NCBI GenBank assembly: GCA_965261395.1
Contig: OZ253462.1
Coordinates: forward strand, 5,728,001 to 5,792,000
Source of the DNA: Candidatus Latescibacterota bacterium
GTDB lineage: Bacteria > Latescibacterota > UBA2968 > UBA8231
DNA length: 64,000 bases
Reading direction: 5' to 3'
Below are positions 39,196-48,561 of the stretch, piece by piece; the first letter of the stretch is position 1, and each line of letters begins with the position of its first letter. Under the pieces are notes generated by a model, which was not told the DNA's origin, did no database searches, and worked only from the letters and a program-made list of their open reading frames with translations. Made by a program: the position numbers and the translations under genes.

Positions 39196-40167
39196 CTAAT
39201 CCAGTAATTCCAGTGCCTGCATTCCGGCGCGAATGTACCCTAGGGCGAACGCTCTGCCCCGGTGTCCGTACGGTTCGTCGCCGATTACGCGGGGTGTGTG
39301 GTCGGGCGTGATGACCCCGTTGTAGCCAGCGTCGCGATAGGCTTTGAGCGCGGCGATCATGTTGACGTCGCCCTCGTCGATAAAGACCTCGTCGAATTTG
39401 GGGAAACCGCCGCGCACATTGCGGAAATGCACGTAGAATATCTTGCCCTGTGCGGCGAAGCGGCGCACGGCTGAGATCGTCTCGTCCGGCCCCATCTCTG
39501 CCACCGTTCCCTGACAAAACTCCAGCCCATTGCTAGGACTGGGCACGAGGTCAATCAACCGCTGCATGGCGTCGTGGTTGGTCAAGAGCCGGCCCGTGCC
39601 GAAAAGGGTTTCGGCCGGGGGGTCGTCTTGGTGGGCGGCGAGTTTGACCCCGGCGTTTTCGGCGACGGGCACTACTCGCTCGAGAAAATAGGCCAATCGC
39701 TCCCACATCTCGGCGACCGAGACCGACTCATCAACAATCGGCGGCGCGTCCTTGACTAAGCTGTAATCAAAGCTTTTAAGTCCAGCCCCACCGCGTCCGC
39801 CGCCGCTGTCGTACGCGCGCCAGTGGCCGGAGACGCCGGCCAAGCTGAAGTAGTAGCCGAGGACCGGGATGCCGATTTTTCCCATGTTTTCAATGGACGT
39901 GCAGACTTTCGCCAACTGGGCGTCGCGCTCTGGCGTCGCGTGGGTGATGGGGTGCATGTGGTCGCCGGGCAAGTTCTCGATGGCGCATAGCTCCAAGCCG
40001 AACGAGTCGATGAATTTTTTCATCCGCAACAATTCGAAGTAATCGAGGACGCCCTCGTTGCCGAGGCGGGGGCTGTGGACGACGATGTGCGTGACGCCCA
40101 TCTGTTGGGCGAATTGCAGGTTTTCTTTGCTGAGCGCGTCGAGGCTGAACTTGAGGCCGAGCTTCAC
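39196..40167 (-). CDS. Mannonate dehydratase (UxuA)-like protein
   Basis: FLERVVPVAE.AGVKLAAHQDDPP, FCQGT, VHFRNV, EGDVNM, PDHTP; GTG start 40167. Confidence 0.88.
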   Translation of the reverse strand: MKLGLKFSLDALSKENLQFAQQMGVTHIVVHSPRLGNEGVLDYFELLRMKKFIDSFGLELCAIENLPGDHMHPITHATPERDAQLAKVCTSIENMGKIGIPVLGYYFSLAGVSGHWRAYDSGGGRGGAGLKSFDYSLVKDAPPIVDESVSVAEMWERLAYFLERVVPVAENAGVKLAAHQDDPPAETLFGTGRLLTNHDAMQRLIDLVPSPSNGLEFCQGTVAEMGPDETISAVRRFAAQGKIFYVHFRNVRGGFPKFDEVFIDEGDVNMIAALKAYRDAGYNGVITPDHTPRVIGDEPYGHRGRAFALGYIRAGMQALELLD

Positions 40168-40304
40168 GGCAGGTTTTCCTTTCCAACGGAATGAACTACT
40201 GACATGGTGCCTGCACAGTACGCACAACGCCTGCGATAGGCAAATTTCGCTGCGGCCAGCCCTTTCCCTTGACGCGCGTTATTTTGGCCGCTACTATCCG
40301 CTTC

Positions 40305-41327
40305 ATGCGAGCCTTTTACCTACACGGCGCTCGCGACCTGCGAGCCGCGGAAATCGACCGGCCGCAGATCGCTGAGGACGAGGTCCTAGTGCAGATTCGC
40401 GCTACTGGCATCTGTGGCTCGGACCTGCATTACTATGTACACGGCAGAAACGGCGATTTCGTCCCGGAGCGCCCCTTTGTCCTCGGGCACGAGTCGGCCG
40501 GGGAAGTCGTCGATGCGGGGGCTTTCGCAGACGTGCTGCCGATGGGCAGCCGAGTGGCCATTGACCCGTCCCACCCCTGCCGCAGATGCGCTCACTGCCG
40601 TCAGGGCCGCTACAACCTCTGCCCGCAGATGCGCTACTTCGGCTCTGCTGCCTGTAGCCCGCCCCAAGACGGCTCGTTCCGCGAATACGTGCAAGTCCAT
40701 GCGCACAACTGCCATCCGCTGCCCGCCGCAATGAACTATCGCCAAGCGGCCCTACTCGAACCGCTATCCATCGCCGTCCACGGCGTCGGCCAAGCGGGGG
40801 GCATGGCTGGCAAGTGCGTACTGGTGACCGGTGCTGGTCCCATCGGCCAGCTCATCGGCCTAGTTGCCCGGCACTACGGAGCGGCCCATCTCGCCGTCAG
40901 CGATATTCGCCAAAGTGCACTCGACTTGGCGGCGTCGCTGTGGGCCGATCAGCCCGTGCGCGCCGACGATCCAGCCGCAATCGCCAGAGCAGCAGGCGCG
41001 GGATTCGACGTCGTCATGGAAGCCTCCGGTGCCCCAGCCGCCTTGCAAGCTGCGTATGCGCACTGCAAAGCCGGTGGCACCATCGTGCAGTTGGGCGTCC
41101 AGGGCGGCCCGATTGAACTACCGGTCAACTTGGTCATGCAAAAGGAATTGACCGTCCGTGGCTCCTTCCGCTTCGCCCACGTATTTCCCCAAGCCCTCGA
41201 CCTCTTGGCGCGGCGGCAATTAGACCTCGTCCCCCTCATCTCACAGTGCGTCACCTTTCCCGACTTGGTCACCGGTTTCGACGCAGCGCTCCAGCCTCAA
41301 ACCATAAAAGTGGTGGTTGATTACTAG
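40305..41327 (+). CDS. Zn-dependent dehydrogenase, L-idonate 5-dehydrogenase/sorbitol dehydrogenase-like
   Basis: GICGSDLHYY, LGHE, C..C..C......NLC, GAGPIG, GSFRF. Confidence 0.88.
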   Translation: MRAFYLHGARDLRAAEIDRPQIAEDEVLVQIRATGICGSDLHYYVHGRNGDFVPERPFVLGHESAGEVVDAGAFADVLPMGSRVAIDPSHPCRRCAHCRQGRYNLCPQMRYFGSAACSPPQDGSFREYVQVHAHNCHPLPAAMNYRQAALLEPLSIAVHGVGQAGGMAGKCVLVTGAGPIGQLIGLVARHYGAAHLAVSDIRQSALDLAASLWADQPVRADDPAAIARAAGAGFDVVMEASGAPAALQAAYAHCKAGGTIVQLGVQGGPIELPVNLVMQKELTVRGSFRFAHVFPQALDLLARRQLDLVPLISQCVTFPDLVTGFDAALQPQTIKVVVDY

Positions 41328-41371
41328 GCACCCCGCCGCTTGTTGACCACGCTAAATGGGGACGCTTTCTT

Positions 41372-41758
41372 ATGTCGCCGACACCATCGGGAGCCTATAT
41401 GCACGAAGCTGTAAAAGACTGGTTGGCACACTGCCGAGACAAGCTCCGCACCGAGGCGATTACCGCCGCGGATCTCGACCGCCTCGGTGACTTGCTCGCC
41501 GAACCTCGCCAGCAGATTCTCTACCTCTACGCCAAATCGACCAATATGCGCTCGCCGCTCGCTAGCTGGGCTTTGTACGACCCCACCCAGCCGCAAGGGC
41601 CGACCCTGCCCAGCGCCGAACCTCCCTATGAGTCGGTGCTCGCGGCCGTGGCCGATGGCTGGCGCGTGGTGCAGTTTCCCATCGCCAAACTCTACGCGTA
41701 CGAGGGCCAGGACAACGACTACCTCGGCTATGAGTTTGTGCTCGAAAAATTCGTTTAG
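41372..41758 (+). CDS. Hypothetical protein
   Basis: Host-like codon use; RQQILYLY...PYESVLAAVADGWRVVQFP...YEFVLEK; start may be 41399. Confidence 0.7.
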   Translation: MSPTPSGAYMHEAVKDWLAHCRDKLRTEAITAADLDRLGDLLAEPRQQILYLYAKSTNMRSPLASWALYDPTQPQGPTLPSAEPPYESVLAAVADGWRVVQFPIAKLYAYEGQDNDYLGYEFVLEKFV

Positions 41759-41767
41759 GAGGAACAG

Positions 41768-42556
41768 ATGTCTCTAATTAAACCGACGCTAGACGACGAC
41801 GGTGTCATGGACTTTGTCGCCTCCGGCTTGGTCGTCCTCGAAAGCGTCATCGACGAGAGCTTCAACCGCCGCTGCGACGATCTCGATCCCGGCAACTGCG
41901 ACGCCTTTATCGCCGCGGACGACTTCACCCAGCAGGTGCTCCTGCATCCCCAAGTCGCCGGGGTCGTACGCTCGCTTTTGGGCGAGGACTTCTTGGTGCC
42001 CCGAGGCGGCCACCACCACTTTTTCAAGGAGCCGCACCTCGGCCAGACCTGGCATTCGGACGGGCTTTCGGGCAGCGGCTATGATGTCGTCGAGCTCCAG
42101 TGCTACTACTACCCGCACAGCGTCGCGCTCGCCGACGGGCCGACCATGGTTCTGCCTGGCTCGCATTGCCGCGCCGTCGATCGCGAGGCCATCGCTCACT
42201 ACGGCGATATCCGCGGCCAAGTCTCGCTGACAGTGCCGGCCGGCACCGTGGTGCTGACCCGCTATGGCATCTGGCACAAGGCCGGCCCCAAAACCAACGA
42301 CCGCGCCCGCAGCATGATCAAGTTTTCCTATCACCGCACGGCCGCGCCACAGCGAGACTGGCTCTGTGATGCGGTGGAGATTCCCGCTTACCGCGATCGC
42401 TCGCGTGTGCCCTACGCCACCGAAGTTGAATCCTACCGCGACCGGGTGCGGCGCATCCGCACTTGGCACTGGCTCTGCGGCATTGACCAAGAGATCGAGC
42501 TGCGCTGGGAAAGGTCGCAGCCGGTCTCAGAACTGATAAAGGAAGGCACACCATGA
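41768..42556 (+). CDS. PhyH-family Fe(II)/2OG dioxygenase
   Basis: WHSD, GPTMVLPGSH, IWHKA, R.MIKF; GGAGG RBS. Confidence 0.85.
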   Translation: MSLIKPTLDDDGVMDFVASGLVVLESVIDESFNRRCDDLDPGNCDAFIAADDFTQQVLLHPQVAGVVRSLLGEDFLVPRGGHHHFFKEPHLGQTWHSDGLSGSGYDVVELQCYYYPHSVALADGPTMVLPGSHCRAVDREAIAHYGDIRGQVSLTVPAGTVVLTRYGIWHKAGPKTNDRARSMIKFSYHRTAAPQRDWLCDAVEIPAYRDRSRVPYATEVESYRDRVRRIRTWHWLCGIDQEIELRWERSQPVSELIKEGTP

Positions 42557-43611
42557 CCGCCGCCAATAGACCCTATGCACTGCGCGCTGTTTCCGGCTTG
42601 TACGCCAGCGAGCCGGGAATCCAAGTCGCCGTCCAGACCTCGCACAAAGCCAGCGACGAGGATTTGCAATTCTTCCAACAGCTCGGCGTCGAATGGGTCA
42701 TGCTCGGGGTTGATGATCCGGCATTGCATAGCGTCGAACACTACAAGCAGTTTGCGGCGCGCTTTGCCGCCTATGGGCTGGAGATCTATCGCATCGCCAA
42801 TCACGCGGTCCACAACGTCCCCGAGATCACCCTCAACCTGCCCGGCCGCGACGAGAAAGTTGAAGAGCTAATCCAATTCATCCGCGACCTCGGTGCCGCT
42901 GGTATCCGCTATCACACGTACGCCCACATGGGCAACGGCATCTGGAGCACCGGTCGCACCATTCGCCGCGGCGGCATGAGCGCGCGGACCCTCGACATCA
43001 AAAACGCCAAAGGTCGCTGGATCGGCGAGACGTTTGAAGGCGACTTGACCCACGGCCGCGCCTACGCGGAAGACGAGCTGTGGGAAAACTACGAGTACAT
43101 GATCCGCAAGGTGGCTCCGGTCGCCGAGGAAGCCGGAGTCTATATCGGCATCCATCCCGACGACCCGCCGGTCTATGCCCTAGGCGGGATCCCGCGCTGC
43201 ATATTCGGCAACTTCGCCGGGTACAAGCGGGCCATGGACATCGCCGATAGTCCCAATATCGGCGTCTGTCTGTGCGTCGGCTGCTGGTTGGAAGGGGGCA
43301 AGCAGGGCATGGGGGCGTCGGTCGAAGAGGCGATACACTACTTTGGTGCGCGCAACAAGCTCTTCAAAATTCACTTCCGCAACGTCTCCAACCCCATGCC
43401 CGATCCGTGGACCGAAACCCTGATGGACGATGGCTATCAGGACATGCACCGCGTGATGCAGGCCCTGCGCGCCGTCGAGTTCGACGGAGCCATCATCCCC
43501 GATCACATTCCCGATATAATCGGAGGCAGCCGCGCCGGCATCGCGTACTCGATCGCCTATATGCGGGCGTTGGTACAGGCCGTCAACAACGAAAGCGGCG
43601 GTCCGGCCTAG
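42553..43611 (+). CDS. Mannonate dehydratase (UxuA)-like protein, second paralog
   Basis: PVAEEAGV.IGIHPDDPP, CVGC, IHFRNV, PDHIP. Confidence 0.88.
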   Translation: MTAANRPYALRAVSGLYASEPGIQVAVQTSHKASDEDLQFFQQLGVEWVMLGVDDPALHSVEHYKQFAARFAAYGLEIYRIANHAVHNVPEITLNLPGRDEKVEELIQFIRDLGAAGIRYHTYAHMGNGIWSTGRTIRRGGMSARTLDIKNAKGRWIGETFEGDLTHGRAYAEDELWENYEYMIRKVAPVAEEAGVYIGIHPDDPPVYALGGIPRCIFGNFAGYKRAMDIADSPNIGVCLCVGCWLEGGKQGMGASVEEAIHYFGARNKLFKIHFRNVSNPMPDPWTETLMDDGYQDMHRVMQALRAVEFDGAIIPDHIPDIIGGSRAGIAYSIAYMRALVQAVNNESGGPA

Positions 43612-43623
43612 CCGTGAGTCGCG

Positions 43624-43652
43624 TTGACTTTGCACAGGATAGCCCCTAATAT
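43624..43652 (+). promoter_or_regulatory. Sigma70-like promoter of tRNA-Arg/His
   Basis: TTGACT-N17-TAATAT. Confidence 0.6.
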
Positions 43653-43714
43653 CTTTGAATGCTTGTACCGCCCATGCGGTCGGCGAGTAAAACGTTTTAG
43701 CTGCTCGCGGCGAT

Positions 43715-43791
43715 GTGCCCATAGCTCAGTTGGATAGAGCATCTGCCTTCTAAGCAGACGGTCGTAGGTTCGAGTCCTACTGGGCACGCCA
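43715..43791 (+). tRNA. tRNA-Arg(TCT)
   Basis: GTGCCCA/TGGGCAC acceptor stem, CTTCTAA loop, GTTCGAGTC, CCA. Confidence 0.97.
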
Positions 43792-43811
43792 TGCAGCCCT
43801 CAAGACCTAGT

Positions 43812-43889
43812 GGTGGGTGTAGCTCAGTTGGTTAGAGCGCCAGGTTGTGGCCCTGGAGGGCGCGGGTTCAATTCCCGTCATCCACCCCA
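43812..43889 (+). tRNA. tRNA-His(GTG)
   Basis: Encoded G-1, GTGGGTG/CATCCAC stem, TTGTGGC loop, C discriminator, CCA. Confidence 0.96.
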
Positions 43890-43911
43890 TCTTTTGACCT
43901 CGTCTTTGCCC

Positions 43912-44427
43912 ATGCAGTCGCCCGACGCACAGCCGGCCTTGGCCGGTCCCGCCAAAATCATTACGTGCGACCAGTTGCTTGCCGTCCGCAGCCAATTGAG
44001 AACAGCGCGGCAGACCTTCGTCTTCACCAATGGATGCTTTGATTTGCTACACCGTGGCCACGTCGAGTGCCTGCGCGCGGCGCGCGCCTTGGGCGATTGC
44101 CTCGCAGTGGGATTAAACGACGACGACGGAGTCCGCGCCCTCAAGGGGCGGGGCCGGCCCCTGTGCCCACAAGGCGACCGCGCCGCCGTGCTCGCGGCCT
44201 TAGAATGCGTTTCGCATGTGTGCATTTTCTCGGGGGAGAGTGTCGAGAGTCTCGTGGCCGCGCTTGCGCCCGATGTCTTAGTAAAGGGTGGCGATTACGC
44301 TCCGGTCGCCATCGTCGGCCGTGAACACGTCGAAGCGCGCGGCGGCCAAGTTCGCGCCCTGCCGCTGTGGCCGGGCATTTCCACCACTCAATTAGTCGAG
44401 CGCATCAAGGCGCTGCCCAGCGCGTGA
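43912..44427 (+). CDS. rfaE2: D-glycero-beta-D-manno-heptose 1-phosphate adenylyltransferase
   Basis: FTNGCFDLLHRGH, VGLNDD, KGGDY, STT. Confidence 0.92.
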   Translation: MQSPDAQPALAGPAKIITCDQLLAVRSQLRTARQTFVFTNGCFDLLHRGHVECLRAARALGDCLAVGLNDDDGVRALKGRGRPLCPQGDRAAVLAALECVSHVCIFSGESVESLVAALAPDVLVKGGDYAPVAIVGREHVEARGGQVRALPLWPGISTTQLVERIKALPSA

Positions 44428-44512
44428 CACCCCTTGCGCGCATTTGGTTTGGGAGGGGGATTGTGCTATATTCGTCGAAGATGGTTCACTTGTGTTTCCG
44501 ATTAAAAGTGCG

Positions 44513-45241
44513 ATGAAAAGCGCGTTGGTTTTGACCTTGGGCCTTGGGGCTTGCGCTGCGCCGCCGCAAGTCGAACAACCCCTCGTCCAGTGGGAAGAGG
44601 CTCAGCCAGAGGAAGGCGAAGCTCTCCAAGCCCTCGAACACGCCGTTGCGGCCGCGTACGAGCGCGAGCAGGCCATGGCCGAGCGCGTGCGCCAGCTAGA
44701 AACATCCAACGCCCAGTTGCGGCAGGCACTAAGAGTCCTCCAAAGCCAGAGCCGCATCCTAAGTGCGCGGCTGGATTCTTTACCCAGCCGCGCGATGCCG
44801 CCGCGCGTCGCCGCTAAAACTAGCAACCGCGATACACGGGCCGATACAACGGCTGACGTCGACAACAGCAATGCGTTCAACACGTACCAAGGTGCGCTTT
44901 ACTACTATCGACACGAACAATACGACCGTGCCTTGGTGGAGTTTGACCGCTTGCTGCAGGAAGCACCCATGAGCAAATGGTCCTACAACGCCCAGTACTG
45001 GAAGGGCGAGTGCTATTACGGACTGCGCAAATACCAGCAGGCACTCATCGAATTCACCAAGGTGTTTGCCTTTAGCAACACGGGTAAGGCCGACGACGCC
45101 CAGCTAAAAATCGCCCGCTGCCACCTCGCCCTGAACGAGCGCGAGCGAGCGCTTGCGGCCTTCCGCAAGCTGCTCGACGAATATCCAGACAGCGAATACG
45201 CGCCCGTTGCTCGCGAACAGATAAAGCACCTCGGCGGTTGA
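44513..45241 (+). CDS. cpoB: CpoB/YbgF-like TPR lipoprotein
   Basis: Lipobox LGAC, coiled coil, NAQYWKGECYY, KADDAQLK, YPDSEY. Confidence 0.8.
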   Translation: MKSALVLTLGLGACAAPPQVEQPLVQWEEAQPEEGEALQALEHAVAAAYEREQAMAERVRQLETSNAQLRQALRVLQSQSRILSARLDSLPSRAMPPRVAAKTSNRDTRADTTADVDNSNAFNTYQGALYYYRHEQYDRALVEFDRLLQEAPMSKWSYNAQYWKGECYYGLRKYQQALIEFTKVFAFSNTGKADDAQLKIARCHLALNERERALAAFRKLLDEYPDSEYAPVAREQIKHLGG

Positions 45242-45864
45242 TGCGAACGATCTTGCTCCGATCCTGTTATCTCCTTTTGGCCGCGCTGATGATTTGTGCC
45301 ACCGCGTCGGTCGCCGTTCCTTTTCCCACCAATATGGACTTGTTGGTCGAGACCGTGGCGAGTGCGGTCGATGAGAGTTTGGCGCGCATTGATATGCCAG
45401 ATGACGCTGCGATGGCCCCCTTGTTGGTCGCGGCGCAGAGCAAGCACGACGCCAATTGGATGGTCGAGCACCTGCTGGCCAACCGGCTGCTGACGCGCGG
45501 CTTTAGCGTGACCTTGGATTCGACTGCGGCCCAACCAACGAGTATGCGCCTGTCCTACCGAGTGCTCGACCTCGGCGTCTCCGCGCATTCGGGATTGCGC
45601 GGCAGCGCGGCCAGCCGCCAGGGTCGGGTAACGCTTGCCCTGCGCTTGAGCGACGAGCGCGACGACGTGGTCCACTGGCAGGACGAAATCACCCGCACGC
45701 AGCGCGATCGAATCCCCAAAAAGCAGCTAGAAATGCTTCAGCACGATCAGTTCAAATTCGCCAAGACCGAATTAGAGGAACAAACGTGGAGCAAATTTGT
45801 CGAACCTGTTATCGTGTCCACCGTGCTCGGTGGGCTTATCTATTTGTTCTTTTCTAATCGCTAG
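45241..45864 (+). CDS. Hypothetical exported/membrane protein
   Basis: Signal-like N-terminus; C-terminal TM helix EPVIVSTVLGGLIYLFFSNR. Confidence 0.75.
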   Translation: MRTILLRSCYLLLAALMICATASVAVPFPTNMDLLVETVASAVDESLARIDMPDDAAMAPLLVAAQSKHDANWMVEHLLANRLLTRGFSVTLDSTAAQPTSMRLSYRVLDLGVSAHSGLRGSAASRQGRVTLALRLSDERDDVVHWQDEITRTQRDRIPKKQLEMLQHDQFKFAKTELEEQTWSKFVEPVIVSTVLGGLIYLFFSNR

Positions 45865-45870
45865 CTATCT

Positions 45871-46617
45871 ATGAAATACCTCGCTCTTCCGCTCGCCCTG
45901 TGGGTCGCCGCCTGCGCCAGCACGCCGTCTGAGAAACTCCAAGGCGCGGATTACTACTTTGAAGAAGGCCAAAAGGCCATGGAGAAGAACCGCTGCCTGG
46001 AGGCCTCCGAGCACTTCAAGCGGTTAGTCAGCAATTTTCCCGGCTCGCGCCGGGTCGCCGAGGCGCAATTCCTCCTTGCCGAAGCGTACTTTTGCAATCG
46101 CGATTGGGTCAACGCAGCCTTTGAGTATCAGCGCATCGTCGATATTTATCCGTCTAGCGAGTGGGCGGTCGAGGCGCAGTTCAAGATAGGCGAGTCGTAC
46201 TTCAAGCAATTGCGCCGTCCGGAACTCGACCAGAAGGAGACCTTTGAGGCTCTGACGGCCTTCCGCAATTTCATCGAGGACCATTCCGACTCGCCCTTGG
46301 CTGAACAGGCTCGCCAGCGCATCGTCGATTGCCGGAGCCGCTTGGCCCAAAAGCAGTACTTAAGTGGCCGCCTGTACCACAAACAGGGCCATCTCGACGC
46401 GGCCAAAATGATCTACGAGGAAGTCCTGCGCGAGTACCCGGATGTCAACGAGTGGTATTACACTACCCTCTTCCGCATGGGCGAAATCGCCCGCGCTCAA
46501 GGCGATGTGGATCTAGCGGTGCGCTACTGGAAGGAAGTGCTGCAAGACAGCGGCGACCCCAAGCTGGTCGAGAACGTACAAAAGCACCTGTCCGGGCTGA
46601 GCCAATCGCCGGGCTAA
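45871..46617 (+). CDS. bamD: Outer membrane protein assembly factor BamD
   Basis: Lipobox VAAC, TPRs, ELDQKET, RLAQKQYLSGRLY. Confidence 0.88.
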   Translation: MKYLALPLALWVAACASTPSEKLQGADYYFEEGQKAMEKNRCLEASEHFKRLVSNFPGSRRVAEAQFLLAEAYFCNRDWVNAAFEYQRIVDIYPSSEWAVEAQFKIGESYFKQLRRPELDQKETFEALTAFRNFIEDHSDSPLAEQARQRIVDCRSRLAQKQYLSGRLYHKQGHLDAAKMIYEEVLREYPDVNEWYYTTLFRMGEIARAQGDVDLAVRYWKEVLQDSGDPKLVENVQKHLSGLSQSPG

Positions 46618-46619
46618 AG

Positions 46620-47207
46620 ATGCGGCGCATCGGCGTCATCGGCGGCACCTTTGACCCCATCCACCACGGCCACCTGCTCTTGGCCCGTTTCGCCTTAGAG
46701 AAAATTCCCCTCGACGAAGTTCTCTTCATTCCAGCGGCCGATCCGCCGCTCAAGCAGGGCGCGTGCGCGCCGGCCGAGGAGCGCTGGGCCATGGTCGAGC
46801 TGGCCGTGGCTGGCTGCGCCGACTTTGCGGCCTCGCGCTTGGAGCTAGACCGTCCGGGCAAGTCCTATACCGTCGAAACCCTGCGCCTGCTGCACCAGCT
46901 TCATCCCCATGCCGCGCTGTTCTTCATCATCGGCGCGGACAACACTGCCCAGCTCGACGCTTGGCACGATCTCGAGGGCATTTTTGCCCGGTGTACGGTG
47001 GTGGCGGGTACGCGTCCGGGCGAGGTGACGGGCGGCGACCCCAAGCTGCTGTCGCACCTGCACTTCATAGATACCCCGCTCATTGAACTGTCCTCGACCG
47101 AGATTAGGACGCGCCGGGCCGCTGGCCTGCCCATCCGCTACATGGTGCCCGAAGCGGTCGAGGCCCACATACTTGCGAAAGGATTGTACGCCGCCCCGTG
47201 TTCCTGA
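46620..47207 (+). CDS. nadD: Nicotinate-nucleotide adenylyltransferase
   Basis: GGTFDPIHHGH, SYTVET, IIGAD, LSSTEIR. Confidence 0.96.
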   Translation: MRRIGVIGGTFDPIHHGHLLLARFALEKIPLDEVLFIPAADPPLKQGACAPAEERWAMVELAVAGCADFAASRLELDRPGKSYTVETLRLLHQLHPHAALFFIIGADNTAQLDAWHDLEGIFARCTVVAGTRPGEVTGGDPKLLSHLHFIDTPLIELSSTEIRTRRAAGLPIRYMVPEAVEAHILAKGLYAAPCS

Positions 47208-48373
47208 CGCATTTAGAGTGCGCCCGCACGGGCGCGCGCTACGACGCCGACGCGCTGCACAACCTCTCGGAGGTTGGTGCGCCCCTCCTCGCCCGCTACG
47301 ACCTGGACCGGGCTGGCCACGCGCTGGCCCGTGCCGCGCTCGGCACCCGCCCGCCGACGATGTGGCGCTATCGGGAAGTCATGCCCATCCGCACACCTGC
47401 GGAAATCGTCTCCCTCGGCGAGGGTTTCACCCCGTTGCAGCGCCCGGAGCGCTTGGGTCGCTGGACGGGTTTTGACCAGCTCTACATCAAAGACGAATCG
47501 TCCAACCCCACTGGTTCCTTTAAGGCCCGCGGCCTCTCGGCTGCCGTCACTTGCGCCCGCGCACGGGGCGCGAAAAAGCTGGCCATTCCCACGGCGGGCA
47601 ACGCCGGTGGTGCGTTGGCGGCCTACGCGGCCGCCTGTGGCCTGCCGGCAATTGTCTTTATGCCCCGCGATACGCCGGTGGCCTTTATCGTCGAGTGCCG
47701 GTCTTGCGGTGCCGAGGTCGAATTGGTTGACGGGCTAATCAGCGATTGCGGCCGCATCGTCGGCGAGCGCAAGGAAGCCGAGGGGTGGTTCGAGGTATCG
47801 ACCCTGAAGGAGCCGTACCGCATCGAGGGTAAGAAGACCTTGGGCTACGAGCTGGCCGAGCAGATGGATTGGTCCCTGCCCGACGTGGTGATTTATCCCA
47901 CTGGTGGGGGCACGGGACTGATTGGGATGTGGAAGGCATTCGCCGAACTGGAGCAACTCGGCTGGATTGGCCGGCACAGGCCGCGGATGATTTCGGTGCA
48001 GGCCGAAGGCTGTGCGCCGATTGTCCGGGCTTTTGCTCGCGGCGATGAATCTGCCCAGATGTGGGAAGGTGCCCACACGGTGGCCTCGGGCCTGCGCGTC
48101 CCCAGCGCGGTCGGCGACTTTCTGATGTTGCAGGTGTTGCGGGAAAGCGGCGGCCAAGCTATCGCCGTCAGCGACGAGGAGTTGCTTGCGCATTCGCACA
48201 GCATGGCGGCGCACGCGGGCATTTTCCCCGCGCCCGAAGGCGGGGCGACGCTAGCGGCCCTAATCAAGCTCAAAGAGCAGGGACTAGTGGCCCCGGACGA
48301 GCGCGTGGTGCTCTTCAATACGGGGTCGGGCTACAAGTACTTGGAGGCGCTGTCCAAGGGGCTTGTGCCTTGA
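47198..48373 (+). CDS. thrC: Threonine synthase
   Basis: SLGEGFTP, NPTGSFKARG, AGNAG, PTGGGTG, PEGG, FNTG. Confidence 0.9.
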   Translation: MFLTHLECARTGARYDADALHNLSEVGAPLLARYDLDRAGHALARAALGTRPPTMWRYREVMPIRTPAEIVSLGEGFTPLQRPERLGRWTGFDQLYIKDESSNPTGSFKARGLSAAVTCARARGAKKLAIPTAGNAGGALAAYAAACGLPAIVFMPRDTPVAFIVECRSCGAEVELVDGLISDCGRIVGERKEAEGWFEVSTLKEPYRIEGKKTLGYELAEQMDWSLPDVVIYPTGGGTGLIGMWKAFAELEQLGWIGRHRPRMISVQAEGCAPIVRAFARGDESAQMWEGAHTVASGLRVPSAVGDFLMLQVLRESGGQAIAVSDEELLAHSHSMAAHAGIFPAPEGGATLAALIKLKEQGLVAPDERVVLFNTGSGYKYLEALSKGLVP

Positions 48374-48418
48374 CGAGGGTGGGGGTTGCGTCTATTTTAT
48401 AGCACCACATTTTGCTAT

Positions 48419-48495
48419 GCGCCCATAGCTCAATTGGATAGAGCACCTGACTACGGATCAGGAGGTTTGGGGTTCGAATCCCTATGGGCGCGCCA
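48419..48495 (+). tRNA. tRNA-Arg(ACG)
   Basis: GCGCCCA/TGGGCGC stem, CTACGGA loop, GTTCGAATC, CCA; upstream TTGACG-N17-TATTTT. Confidence 0.97.
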
Positions 48496-48502
48496 TTAAA
48501 AA

Positions 48503-48535
48503 CAACGGGTTACGTCAAGAGGCGTAGCCCGTTTT
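48503..48535 (+). terminator. Terminator-like hairpin after tRNA-Arg
   Basis: AACGGGTTACGTC-aaga-GGCGTAGCCCGTT followed by T residues. Confidence 0.65.
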
Positions 48536-48561
48536 ACTTTGGCGAGAAAGGGGAACTATTC

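Noticed and set aside
43810-43911. N-terminal ORF extensions over tRNA genes (43810..44427, 48484..49515) and ORFs across 38867-39517
   Set aside because: They overlap tRNA sequences; downstream ATG starts are more plausible.
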